This document shows, piece after piece, positions 21,378 through 30,229 of a stretch of 64,000 nucleotides of DNA (its first letter is position 1; each line of letters begins with the position of its first letter). The stretch comes from Longimicrobiales bacterium (GTDB lineage Bacteria; Gemmatimonadota; Gemmatimonadetes; Longimicrobiales; Gaopeijiaceae). Location of the stretch: contig OZ250165.1 in assembly GCA_965238005.1 (NCBI GenBank), positions 2,368,001 to 2,432,000 on the forward strand, read 5' to 3'. The notes beneath the pieces are model-generated. The model did not search any database, was not told the origin of the DNA, and saw nothing but the letters and a program-made list of their open reading frames with translations. Position numbers and translations under genes: made by a program.

Positions 21378-22283
21378 TCAGGACACCATCACCCTTCTCT
21401 TGCCTTGCTTCTCGGCGTACATAGCTGCGTCGGCCTTGGCGAGGAGATCATCGAGGCTCGTGACGTCCTCACCCACGTACCGCGTGGTGCCGACGCTCAC
21501 CGAGAGCTGGAACTGCTCCTTTGTGTGCTCGTTGAGCTCGTCCAGCTCCTCCCGGAGTCGCTCGACGAGCTGTGCGGCATCTTCACCCGACGCTTCCATG
21601 GCCAGGACGGCGAACTCGTCCCCGCCCATGCGGGCGACGATGTCCGAGCGTCGGAAGGTCCCCCGAAGTGTGTCCGCCACAGAGCGCAGAGCGCGGTCGC
21701 CGACGTGATGCCCCAGGGTGTCGTTGATCGTCTTGAAGCGGTCGATGTCCAGATATATGAGCGACACGCCCCTGGAAGTCCGGCGGGCCAGCTTCAGGTA
21801 CTGCTCGCCCAGGTCGTTGAACCCGCGTCTGTTGTACAGGCTGGTCAGGTCGTCGATGAGGGACAGGCTCCGTAGAGCCGAGAGGAGCCTGTGTCGCTCG
21901 ATGGCGTAGCGGACGGAGCGCACGAGAACGTTCGGCTCGGCCTCCCGCATGGCCATGCAGTCCTGCGCTCCACCCTGGACCGTCCGAACCGCCAGCTCCT
22001 CGTCGTCGTCCTGGGTGAGGACGATGATCGGTATGTGGGGAGCGAAGGCGTACATGCGCTCGAAGCTCGAGAGCCCCTGACTGTCGGGGAGCTCGGGATC
22101 GAGGATCACGGCATCGATACCGCCCTCCGAAAGGAGCTCGAGAGCCCCGGACATCTCGCCGGCCCATTCGACCTCCATAGACGGTCCCGACGCGCTCTCG
22201 AACGCCTCCTTGAGGGGATCGAGATGCGACGGCCCGGCCTCCACGAGAAGAACCTTCGTGGGTCGGTGTCCACCATCGTTCAT
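21378..22283 (-). CDS. Response regulator diguanylate cyclase (REC-GGDEF)
   Basis: REC domain, DDLTSLYNRR, RRSD I-site, GGDEF. Confidence 0.93.
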   Translation of the reverse strand: MNDGGHRPTKVLLVEAGPSHLDPLKEAFESASGPSMEVEWAGEMSGALELLSEGGIDAVILDPELPDSQGLSSFERMYAFAPHIPIIVLTQDDDEELAVRTVQGGAQDCMAMREAEPNVLVRSVRYAIERHRLLSALRSLSLIDDLTSLYNRRGFNDLGEQYLKLARRTSRGVSLIYLDIDRFKTINDTLGHHVGDRALRSVADTLRGTFRRSDIVARMGGDEFAVLAMEASGEDAAQLVERLREELDELNEHTKEQFQLSVSVGTTRYVGEDVTSLDDLLAKADAAMYAEKQGKRRVMVS

Positions 22284-22539
22284 CGCTGGGCCAGTCTCCG
22301 AGTCACGCGAGCCTCCGCAGAATCTAGACCTTGGCGATTCCCGGGAGAATCGACCAAGTGGTTCCGCGCGAACGGGTTCGACGGTGGCAACGCCGACCGC
22401 CAGTTCCCCTTAGTCAAGTTAAATGGACGCTCATGGCCCCGCAAAGACCTCATTGCATTGGCCCCCGGCGCGAGCGCGGAGCTCCTAAGACGAAGAGACG
22501 GCCCGCCGGGTTCCCCCGGGGACCGTCCCTCGGTACACC

Positions 22540-22590
22540 AGTGTTCCGTTTTCGAAGTTCGCCAGCCACCAGGAGGGTCGGGGTCCTCGG
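22540..22590 (+). mobile_element. Partial left end of MITE family B
   Basis: AGTGTTCCGTTTTCGAAGTTCGCCAGCCACCAGGAGGGTCGGGG is near-identical to the sequence at 44622. Confidence 0.7.
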
Positions 22591-22621
22591 GCCCGCACTC
22601 CTTCCTTCTCTCGGGAAGGGG

Positions 22622-23397
22622 TCAGCCGCCCCTCAGCATCTCCTCGAAGAAGTCGATGACGTGGTCGTCATCCGACTGAGACAACCGAACACGGCGCTTC
22701 GCCTGACCTTCGAGTGCCTGGACGTGCGCGTCAGCTCCATGAGGATCGGAATCGATTCGACGTCGGACCTCTGGGAGATGGCGAACACCGCGGCCTCCCG
22801 TACTTCGGCCTCTGGGTCGCCATCGTCGGAGTCGTACTCAGGCTCTCTTCCCCCGGCGTCGGCAACTTCCTGACCCAACCAGAAGACCGCCTGCTCTCGG
22901 ACGTCTTCGTCCAGGTAGCGATCTCGTGCGATGTCGACCAGCGCAGGCCACACGACCACGTCGCGGGCTATCATGGCCGGCAGGAGAGCGTCTTCCGCGA
23001 CTCCCCGCCGCGGACTGCTCCGCGCCAAGCCTAGAAGGAACGAGGCCGCCTCTTCAGCGGATCGGAGCCCAAGATCGGTCTCGGCATGCGCCCCGGGGTC
23101 TGGAGGCTCCAGGTTCAGGCTGCGGATGGCGCCGTCCCGCACCTCCATCGTCACCTGGGCCTCTCCGTCGGCACAGCCGTCCCTCCATCCCCTGCGGACA
23201 TTGCCGTGCTGCCACCTCTCGTCGACCCGGATGCCGTTGTCGCAGACTTCGACGTCGTCGTCGATTGGGAAGCGGAAAACGACCTCACCGCTTCGCACCG
23301 CCTTCACGGCCCGCTCCAGGCTCTGAGCATACGATCCGGATCCTGGCTCCGCCTGAGCCAGTCCCGCGGCCAGGAGTATCGCCACTGCCCGTCTCAT
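22622..23397 (-). pseudogene. Exported HEAT-repeat protein, frameshifted near C-terminus
   Basis: VREQAVFWLGQ and VREAAVFAISQ repeats; the last repeat is restored as (W)LSQSDDDHVIDFFEEMLRGG* by a 1-nt frameshift near 22690. Confidence 0.65.
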
Positions 23398-24000
23398 CGG
23401 ACCACCCGCGGACGGATGAGCTCCAGCAGGAAGTTCGCGACCCTTGGGTCGTCACTCTGCCCGAGCCAGAAAAGTGCGCTCTTCTGAAGGTCCGTATCCT
23501 CCTCGCCCAGGGCGATCTCTATGAGCTCCTCCACCGCTTCCTCCTCGTGCGAGCTCTGGGAGAGTGCGAAGATGATCTGGTCCTTCATCTCATGGTCGGC
23601 GACGTCTACGTACAAGTCGACCAGACGAATCGGCTCGACGCCGGCCTGGCCGAGCCAGAAGATCGCGTTCTCGCGGATGTCGTCGGGAACGCTCTGGTCG
23701 CCGGCGTAGTCCCTGAGCATCTCCGTGGAGCGAGGACTGTCGTGCTGTGAGATGGCGAAGACGGCCTTCTCCTGGATCTCCGGGTCGTCGCTGTCCTCCA
23801 GGATCGACACCAGGGCGTCCAGGGCACGCTCGTCCTCCACCTGGGAAAGCCAGAAGACGGCCGACTCCCGGACGTCGTCGTCCAGTCTGTTGGCCCGGGC
23901 GATATCGTCGAGCTCGGGCCACACGGTCACGCCATCGGCGATGACGGCCGGCATGATGGCGTCCTCGGCCAGCGGCGCCGCGGCCGCGGTCGCCAGAGCC
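23394..24000 (-). pseudogene. HEAT-repeat protein, 5'-truncated paralogue
   Basis: AVFWLSQ/AVFAISQ/AIFWLGQ/ALFWLGQ repeats; the N-terminus is replaced by unrelated fragments. Confidence 0.7.
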
Positions 24001-24072
24001 GTCCAGAGCGGCGATGGTTTGGCTCTCCAGGTCCACCGCGATCGCCCGGGTCTCCGATGCCAGCTGGAGCAG
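24001..24072 (-). pseudogene. Nucleoside phosphorylase-like (HpnG-like) fragment
   Basis: LLQLASETRAIAVDLESQTIAA resembles the PNP/HpnG 'xTGAxAVDMES' motif; only 24 aa. Confidence 0.4.
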
Positions 24073-24099
24073 CACCCACGGGCAGGGGCCAGCGACAGC

Positions 24100-24228
24100 C
24101 CCTCCTTTGGCACGTTCAACCATACGTTTCCCCTGATGAACGTCAAAGGGTTCATGCCGCACCAGGGCCTCCTTCTCATCGCCGCGCTCCTTCCCGAGGA
24201 GTGGAAAGTCCGGTTGGTGGACGAGAGC
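24100..24228 (+). pseudogene. Fragment of B12-binding radical SAM methylase, HpnP-like
   Basis: PSFGTFNHTFPLMNVKGFMPHQGLLLIAALLPEEWKVRLVDE resembles the HpnP N-terminus as recalled (SFGTF.H.YPLM..AFMPPQGLL.IAAYLP.EW.VRFVDEN). Confidence 0.7.
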
Positions 24229-24327
24229 ACCTTTCTGATCGACCGGGAGGGACAGGTGGCCGAGAGCTTCCTCCACGACGCCTCGCCCGACGAGATCAGC
24301 GCCCTTCTGGAGGTCGTGGCCGGTTAG
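24229..24327 (+). pseudogene. C-terminal fragment of SCO/thioredoxin-like protein
   Basis: TFLIDREGQVAESFLHDASPDEISALLE*. Confidence 0.5.
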
Positions 24328-25694
24328 GTAAGCGCCAGGGACGCCACAGCCTCGGAAGATCCCAGGTCCAGCGGGATGGTGAGGCGCGCCCGGGCGCCCT
24401 TGCCATTCGGGCGGTTCTCGAGCGTCAGCGTTCCGCCGTGCCCTTCCGCTATCTGGCGGCAGAGGGCGAGGCCGATCCCACTCCCCCCCGGCTTTGTGGT
24501 GTAGAAGGGAACGAAGAGGTTGCCCGTATCGCCCGGAAGCCCCGGTCCCTCGTCCTCAACCAGGACGTGGAGGTGATTCACCACCAACGTCCACGAGAAG
24601 CTCACCCGGCCGTCGGTCTCGAGAGCTGCGTCCACAGCGTTCCGGACCAGGTTGATGAGAAGCTGCTCCAGTTGATCGGCGTCGGCCTGGATCGTGACCT
24701 CCGGTCCCGGCTTGACCCCCACGTCCATGCGCGTCTCGACGGCCACGATGCGGCGCACCAGGGCCTCCACCTCCACCGGAGCGAGTTGGGGCTCCGGAAG
24801 CCTGGCAAGCTGCGCGTACGAGGCCATGAAGCGGCCGAGGGATTCCGCCCGACCCGAGATGACCTGCAGGCCACTGCCCACGTCCTCCTCGATCTCGGGA
24901 GGGAGCGCGTTCCGTTGCGTCAGGCTCTGGAGGCTTCCGGCGATGGACTTGATGGGCGCCAGCGAGTTGTTGATCTCGTGGCTCAGGACCCGGATGATCC
25001 GCTTCCAGGCCTGGCGCTCCTCTTCTCGTAGGGCCCGCCTCAGGTCCGAGAGCACGATGAGGCGCAGGGGCTGTCCTTCCTGACGTACGACCGTGCGACG
25101 TAGCTCCCAGCGGCCCGTGCCACCGGGATGGTTGAGCTCCAGGGTGCGGGGCGCCACACCGTGGAGGGTTTCGCTGAGGCGAAGCTCAGCAGCAGACGTA
25201 CCGATTACGCGCTCGCTCGACTGGCCCAGGAGCTTCTCGCCCGCGCGGTTGAGCAGTCGCAGGGTCTCCTCCTCGTCGAAAGCGAACACGGCGAGGTCCA
25301 CCTCCTCCAAGACCTTCCGCAGGAGCGCCGTCGCCTCGACGGCTCCGAGTCGTTGCTCCCTCAAGACCTCCTCGAGGGCGTTCGCCTCCAGGTACGTGAT
25401 GGCCAGGGGACCCTTGGTACCGGCCCCTCGGACCCGAATGGAGAAGTCCCCCTCCCGGAGTGCCGCCAACATGTTGGAGAGGGTCTGAAGCGGACGGACG
25501 ACACGTTCCCGCACCGCATAGGTGAATCCGAACCAGCTCCCGAAAAGGACCACCGAGAGGGTCCACTGGAGACGGGCGGAGTAGGGCCCCAGCCACAGGA
25601 AACCGAGGGCGAGGGCCATGCCCGGCAGGCCCGCCATGAGAACCAGGAGCACGATACGGTGGTCGTGGCGGACCAGCTCCCACCACCGTCTCAT
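24324..25694 (-). CDS. Sensor histidine kinase (2 TM, HAMP, PAS-like, HATPase)
   Basis: LSHEINNSLAPI, NLVRNA, DEGPG, FYTTKPGGSGIGL. Confidence 0.95.
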   Translation of the reverse strand: MRRWWELVRHDHRIVLLVLMAGLPGMALALGFLWLGPYSARLQWTLSVVLFGSWFGFTYAVRERVVRPLQTLSNMLAALREGDFSIRVRGAGTKGPLAITYLEANALEEVLREQRLGAVEATALLRKVLEEVDLAVFAFDEEETLRLLNRAGEKLLGQSSERVIGTSAAELRLSETLHGVAPRTLELNHPGGTGRWELRRTVVRQEGQPLRLIVLSDLRRALREEERQAWKRIIRVLSHEINNSLAPIKSIAGSLQSLTQRNALPPEIEEDVGSGLQVISGRAESLGRFMASYAQLARLPEPQLAPVEVEALVRRIVAVETRMDVGVKPGPEVTIQADADQLEQLLINLVRNAVDAALETDGRVSFSWTLVVNHLHVLVEDEGPGLPGDTGNLFVPFYTTKPGGSGIGLALCRQIAEGHGGTLTLENRPNGKGARARLTIPLDLGSSEAVASLALT

Positions 25695-25744
25695 ACGCTC
25701 CTCCTAGAGGCCTGTTTGAGGGGCGCCAGCACACTCAACCCGGT

Positions 25745-27124
25745 TCATTCCGGCTCGCCGCCGAGGTCGAAGCGCTGCAGTCGTCGATAGAGGGCGCTGC
25801 GACTCAGTCCGAGATCCTCGGCCGCCTTGGACACGTTGCCGTCGTTTCGGCTCATGGCCCGCTCGATGAGGAGCCGCTCCGCCTCGTCCAGGGTGAGATC
25901 ATCCATCTTGGGCCCGCCTCCGCTGCGGGGCTGGAGCCATAGGTCCTCCGCGCGGATGCGGTCGCCCTGGGCCATCAGGATGGCCCGCTCGACCGCGTGC
26001 TCCAACTCCCGGACGTTGCCCGGCCACGGATGGCTCATGAGAGCCTGCATGGCGTCGTCGGCGAAACCCTCTACCTGGCGTCCATATCGGGAGCGTTGCC
26101 GCTCCAGGAAGTGGAGGGCCAGACTGGAGATGTCCTCTCTGCGCTCCCGCAGGGGCGGAAGCTGAATCTCCACAGTATTCAGCCGATAGAGCAGATCCTC
26201 CCGGAAGTGACCCGCGGCCACCACCTCGGCGAGATTGGCGTTGGTGGCCGAGAGAAGCCGAACATCCACTTGGCGGATCTTCGACGACCCCACCCGCTGG
26301 ATCTCACCGGTCTCCAAGACCCGGAGGAGCTTGGCTTGCTGCTGCAGCGAGATGTTGGAGATTTCGTCCAGGAAAATCGTGCCTTGATGGGCGAGCTCGA
26401 AACACCCGATCCGGTCGGTCTTTGCGTCCGTAAAGGCCCCCTTCACATGGCCGAAGAGCTCGCTCTCGAACACCCCCTCGGAAAATCCGCCCGCGTTGAC
26501 GGCAACGAGGGTGTTCTTGGAACGCTCGGACACCATGTGGAGCCAGCGCGCCACGACCTCTTTTCCGGTCCCGTGCTCGCCGGTGATGAGGACGTTGGCC
26601 TCTGATGGCCCCACTCGCTCCATGATGCGGAGCACCGGCTCCATGACCTTGGAGTGGGCAATGAAGTCGGGCGTGTCCTTGCCCCGGAGAAGCCGATTCT
26701 GGTCCTCCAGGAGCTGACCGCGGCGTAGAGCCCTCCCGAGCTCGATCTGGGTCCTGAGGGTCTTCACCAGCCGCTCGTTGTCCCACGGCTTCTCGACGTA
26801 GTCCCTGGCCCCTCGCCGCATGGCGTCCACCGCCCCGTCCACGCTGCTCCAGGCCGTCATCACCAGAACCGGAAGATTCGCATCGAGGCTGCGGAGCTGT
26901 GTGAGGAGGTCCATTCCCTCCTCACCGGACGTGGTGTCACGGGTGTAGTTCAGATCAATCAGGACGGCGTCGAAATCGGTCTTCTCGACGCTGGAGAGGA
27001 TCCGCGACGGTGAGCTCGCCGTGACGATCTCGAAGCCCTCGCCCTTCAGGAGGATGCGGAGGGCCTCGAGGACGTCCGCCTGGTCGTCGGCGACCAGAAC
27101 GCACGGGGTGTCCGATGCGCCCAT
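25745..27124 (-). CDS. Sigma54-dependent response regulator (NtrC family)
   Basis: REC, GEHGTGKE, ESELFGH..GAFTDA, WPGNVREL, Fis-type HTH. Confidence 0.96.
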   Translation of the reverse strand: MGASDTPCVLVADDQADVLEALRILLKGEGFEIVTASSPSRILSSVEKTDFDAVLIDLNYTRDTTSGEEGMDLLTQLRSLDANLPVLVMTAWSSVDGAVDAMRRGARDYVEKPWDNERLVKTLRTQIELGRALRRGQLLEDQNRLLRGKDTPDFIAHSKVMEPVLRIMERVGPSEANVLITGEHGTGKEVVARWLHMVSERSKNTLVAVNAGGFSEGVFESELFGHVKGAFTDAKTDRIGCFELAHQGTIFLDEISNISLQQQAKLLRVLETGEIQRVGSSKIRQVDVRLLSATNANLAEVVAAGHFREDLLYRLNTVEIQLPPLRERREDISSLALHFLERQRSRYGRQVEGFADDAMQALMSHPWPGNVRELEHAVERAILMAQGDRIRAEDLWLQPRSGGGPKMDDLTLDEAERLLIERAMSRNDGNVSKAAEDLGLSRSALYRRLQRFDLGGEPE

Positions 27125-27136
27125 TCAGCTAGTGCC

Positions 27137-27808
27137 CTATTCGTCCACGATCCAGCCGTCCTTCAGCTGGATGATGCGCTGCCCGTAGGCGGCATAGTCC
27201 TTGTTGTGGGTGACCTGGATGATCGTGGTCCCCTCACGGTTGAGCTGGGCCAGGAGATCCATGATCATGCGGCCCTGGCTGGAGTGGAGGCTGCCCGTGG
27301 GCTCGTCGGCCAGGATCACCTTCGGGTCAGCGATGACGGCCCGGGCCACGGCGACGAGCTGCTGCTGACCGCCAGAGAGCTGGCTCGGATAGAGGTCCTT
27401 CTTCCCCACGATCTGGAACCGATCCAACGAGTCCGCCACGATGGACTGACGCTCCCTGCGCTTCACGTTCCGGTAGGAGAGCGGGATCTCGAGGTTCTCG
27501 TAGACCGTGAGATCGTCGAGCAGGTGATACTGCTGGAAAACGAAGCCGATGTAGCGCTTGTTCAGGTCGATGCGGGCCCGTGGGCGCATGGCGTGCACCG
27601 GCTCGTCGTCGAGCCAGTACTCCCCACGCCAGTCGCCGTCGAGCATCCCGAGAATGGAAAGCAGCGTCGACTTTCCGGCTCCCGAGGGACCCATGATGGT
27701 CACGAAATCGCCCGCCCCGATCTCCAGATCGATCCGTCGCAGGACGAACATCTCGCCCGCCCCGGTCTTGTACGACTTCTCGATTCCCCTCGTCTTTATC
27801 AGTGCCAC
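27137..27808 (-). CDS. ABC ATP-binding protein (LolD/MacB-like)
   Basis: GPSGAGKS, LSGGQQQ, ADEPTG. Confidence 0.95.
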   Translation of the reverse strand: MALIKTRGIEKSYKTGAGEMFVLRRIDLEIGAGDFVTIMGPSGAGKSTLLSILGMLDGDWRGEYWLDDEPVHAMRPRARIDLNKRYIGFVFQQYHLLDDLTVYENLEIPLSYRNVKRRERQSIVADSLDRFQIVGKKDLYPSQLSGGQQQLVAVARAVIADPKVILADEPTGSLHSSQGRMIMDLLAQLNREGTTIIQVTHNKDYAAYGQRIIQLKDGWIVDE

Positions 27809-27865
27809 GGTCCCAGGAGTTGAGTGATTGACTCGATGGCGGGCGTTGGAGACAGGCTTCCCTCA

Positions 27866-27881
27866 GGCAACGATCGTGCCT
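27866..27881 (-). promoter_or_regulatory. Sigma54 -24/-12 promoter
   Basis: AGGCACGATCGTTGCC, canonical GG-N10-GC spacing. Confidence 0.75.
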
Positions 27882-27906
27882 CCCAAGCTCCCCTCCTCAG
27901 GAGTGG

Positions 27907-27925
27907 GTGTCCCAAAATCGAACAC
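27907..27925. promoter_or_regulatory. Putative enhancer-binding-protein site (UAS)
   Basis: Imperfect palindrome GTGTCCCAAAATCGAACAC; a related TTCCCATTAGCGAACAC lies at 32014-32030. Confidence 0.5.
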
Positions 27926-27994
27926 TTAGGGGAGCCCGTCAACGTCCCCGTCTTTATACGGCGCGTGGGTCGATCAGGATTCAGCTGGCAAACG

Positions 27995-28021
27995 AAAAAG
28001 GGCGGCCCTCGGGCCGCCCTT
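27995..28021 (-). terminator. Intrinsic terminator
   Basis: AAGGGCGGCC-CGAG-GGCCGCCC-TTTTT on the minus strand. Confidence 0.85.
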
Positions 28022-28058
28022 CGCCAACACCCGCATGTTGGATCCTAAATGTTGTCCG

Positions 28059-28820
28059 CTAGACGTCGAAGCCGCTCTCCTCGAGCTCATGCGCATGCTC
28101 GGCCCGCTTCGCGTCCTCCTCGTCGACGACCTGGCCGTCGAAGAGGTGCACCGAGCGCTGCGCCACCGTGGCGTAACGCGGATCGTGCGTCACCATGCAG
28201 ATCGTGGCCCCTTCGTCGTGGAGCTCACGCATCAGGTCCATGACCGCGTTGCCGTTCTTCGAGTCGAGGTTACCGGTCGGCTCGTCCGCCAGCAGGATGA
28301 GGGGCTTGCCCACGATGGCCCGGGCCACGGCCACCCGCTGCTGCTGACCGCCCGAAAGCTGGCTGGGATAGTGGTTCGTCCGGTGGGCCATCCCCACCCG
28401 CTCCAACGACGCATGGACGCGCTCCTTGCGCTCGCTGCCGGCCATGCCGCGATAGGTGAGCGGGAGCTCGACGTTCTCGTAGGCCGTCAGGTCGCCGATC
28501 AGGTTGAATGCCTGGAAGATGAACCCGATAGCCTGGTTGCGGATCTTGGCCCGCTGTGAAGCCGTGAGGTTCGCCGCCGGCTCGCCGTCGAGATGGTACT
28601 CACCGCCCGTGGGCGAATCCAGGAGCCCGAGGATCGACAGCAATGTGGTCTTCCCGCAGCCCGAAGGGCCCGCGATGGAGACGAACTCGCCCGCCGCGAT
28701 GTTCAGATGAATGTCCGACAGAGCGTGGGTCTCCACCTCTTCCGTGTAGAACACCTTGCTCAACCCCTGAAGGTCGATCAGGGCCGCCTCGTTGGTCCTT
28801 TCGCCACCGTTCTCCATCAT
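28059..28820 (-). CDS. ABC ATP-binding protein (LolD/MacB-like)
   Basis: VETHAL, GPSGCGKTT, LSGGQQQRVAVAR, ADEPTGNLD. Confidence 0.95.
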   Translation of the reverse strand: MMENGGERTNEAALIDLQGLSKVFYTEEVETHALSDIHLNIAAGEFVSIAGPSGCGKTTLLSILGLLDSPTGGEYHLDGEPAANLTASQRAKIRNQAIGFIFQAFNLIGDLTAYENVELPLTYRGMAGSERKERVHASLERVGMAHRTNHYPSQLSGGQQQRVAVARAIVGKPLILLADEPTGNLDSKNGNAVMDLMRELHDEGATICMVTHDPRYATVAQRSVHLFDGQVVDEEDAKRAEHAHELEESGFDV

Positions 28821-28908
28821 CCCTCCGTTCCTGTGAGCCCTTTATGCTGCGTTGAATGTCTTTCCCGGTGGGCCTTACGAATGCTCCCCGGAGCCCGCTT
28901 CACGTCTA

Positions 28909-30162
28909 CTACCTCAAGCGAACCCGATCGAACCCGTCCCACTGGGACATGTCTGAAAGGATCACGATATCGCCGGGTTGGAGTCCTTCCTTCACTTCGA
29001 TCTCGTTGACCGAGCTGGCCCCGAGCATGACGTTGACGCGCTCGGCGTACCGGCCATCCTCCACCAACATGAACATCCCGACCCTCTGGTTGGCCTGGCC
29101 GTAAGCCGGCCTCCCCACGTAGGTCACGTCGTCCAGTCGCTGGATCACCACGTTGCCGTCCACGCTCAGATCCGGTCGGGCGCTCCGCGGCAGCTCAGGC
29201 GGCAGAGCCACGTCGATCGTCACCGTACCGTTCTGGACGGAGGGGTCGATGCGGACCACACGACCCACGATGGTGTCGTTCCGGGTGTCGATGTACGCTA
29301 CCTGGCCGGCCGCGATGTCCTGCGCCTGCGTCTGGGGGATGCGGATCTCCGCCTTCAGGCGCCCCGGCTGCACCACGCGGGCCAGTGTACCACCGGACTG
29401 GACCCACTGGCCCTCGTCCAGCGGCAGTTCCGCGAGGACGCCGGAGACACCAGCCGTCACCTGGAAAGACGCGACCCGGTCCCGGTTGAACTCCACGATG
29501 TCGGACAGCCGGTTGATCTGGATCTGTTGGGCGTCCAACTGGTCGTCGACGGAAGCCTCGAGCACGGCCAACCGCTGCTCCTCGAGCTCGGTGCGCTCCT
29601 CGAGCTCCGTCACCGCATCGCGGGTCCTGGCCAGCTCCGTGCGGGCCACGAGCTGCGCGTTGGTGTCGTAGAGGCGCTGGTTCGTGGCGTGATCCCGCTG
29701 GGCGTTCTGATAGAGTGTGCGCATCTGGACCACCAGTCCGGCCTGCGTGAGGCGCTGCGTCTGCAATGTCGCCCGAAGTTGGATCAGACCCGCTTCGGCG
29801 GTGGAGAGCTGCTGCTGAGCCTGGAGCAGCTGCACCTCGACGTCCGGATTGCTCATCCGGATGATCACCGTGTTCGCGTCGATCTCCGTGCCAGGCAAAA
29901 TCATGATCTGCTCGACCCGGCCGGCCGTGAGCGCCGTGATCCACCGCATCCGCTCAGGCACCAGCGTGCCCGGGCCGCGAACCTGCCTGACCATGGTCCC
30001 GTGCTCGACCGTGTCCATCCAGACGGTGGCGGCGTCCACTCTGGGGGCCGCCGGCTGGAGGTTCCTGAGCACGCTGGTGATCGAGATGACGGCGATGGCC
30101 GCAACCGACCACTGGATCACCCTCTTTCTGGTTTTCGGTTTGGGATCGCGGGGGATGTCCAC
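28909..30162 (-). CDS. HlyD/MacA-family periplasmic adaptor
   Basis: N-terminal TM, VRGPGTLVP, coiled coil, RPDLSVDG. Confidence 0.9.
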   Translation of the reverse strand: MDIPRDPKPKTRKRVIQWSVAAIAVISITSVLRNLQPAAPRVDAATVWMDTVEHGTMVRQVRGPGTLVPERMRWITALTAGRVEQIMILPGTEIDANTVIIRMSNPDVEVQLLQAQQQLSTAEAGLIQLRATLQTQRLTQAGLVVQMRTLYQNAQRDHATNQRLYDTNAQLVARTELARTRDAVTELEERTELEEQRLAVLEASVDDQLDAQQIQINRLSDIVEFNRDRVASFQVTAGVSGVLAELPLDEGQWVQSGGTLARVVQPGRLKAEIRIPQTQAQDIAAGQVAYIDTRNDTIVGRVVRIDPSVQNGTVTIDVALPPELPRSARPDLSVDGNVVIQRLDDVTYVGRPAYGQANQRVGMFMLVEDGRYAERVNVMLGASSVNEIEVKEGLQPGDIVILSDMSQWDGFDRVRLR

Positions 30163-30229
30163 GATTTCCTCTCTAATGGTTCGACGCCGACTCAGCCGCA
30201 GCCGCTAGACGTAATGGTCGTTATCCGGT

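Noticed and set aside
22284..22500. c-di-GMP riboswitch upstream of the diguanylate cyclase
   Set aside because: No GEMM consensus recognisable
25705..25716. TAGAGGCCTGTT matching the end of the mutL/miaA MITE
   Set aside because: Only 12 bp with no partner inverted repeat; may be a scar but cannot be supported
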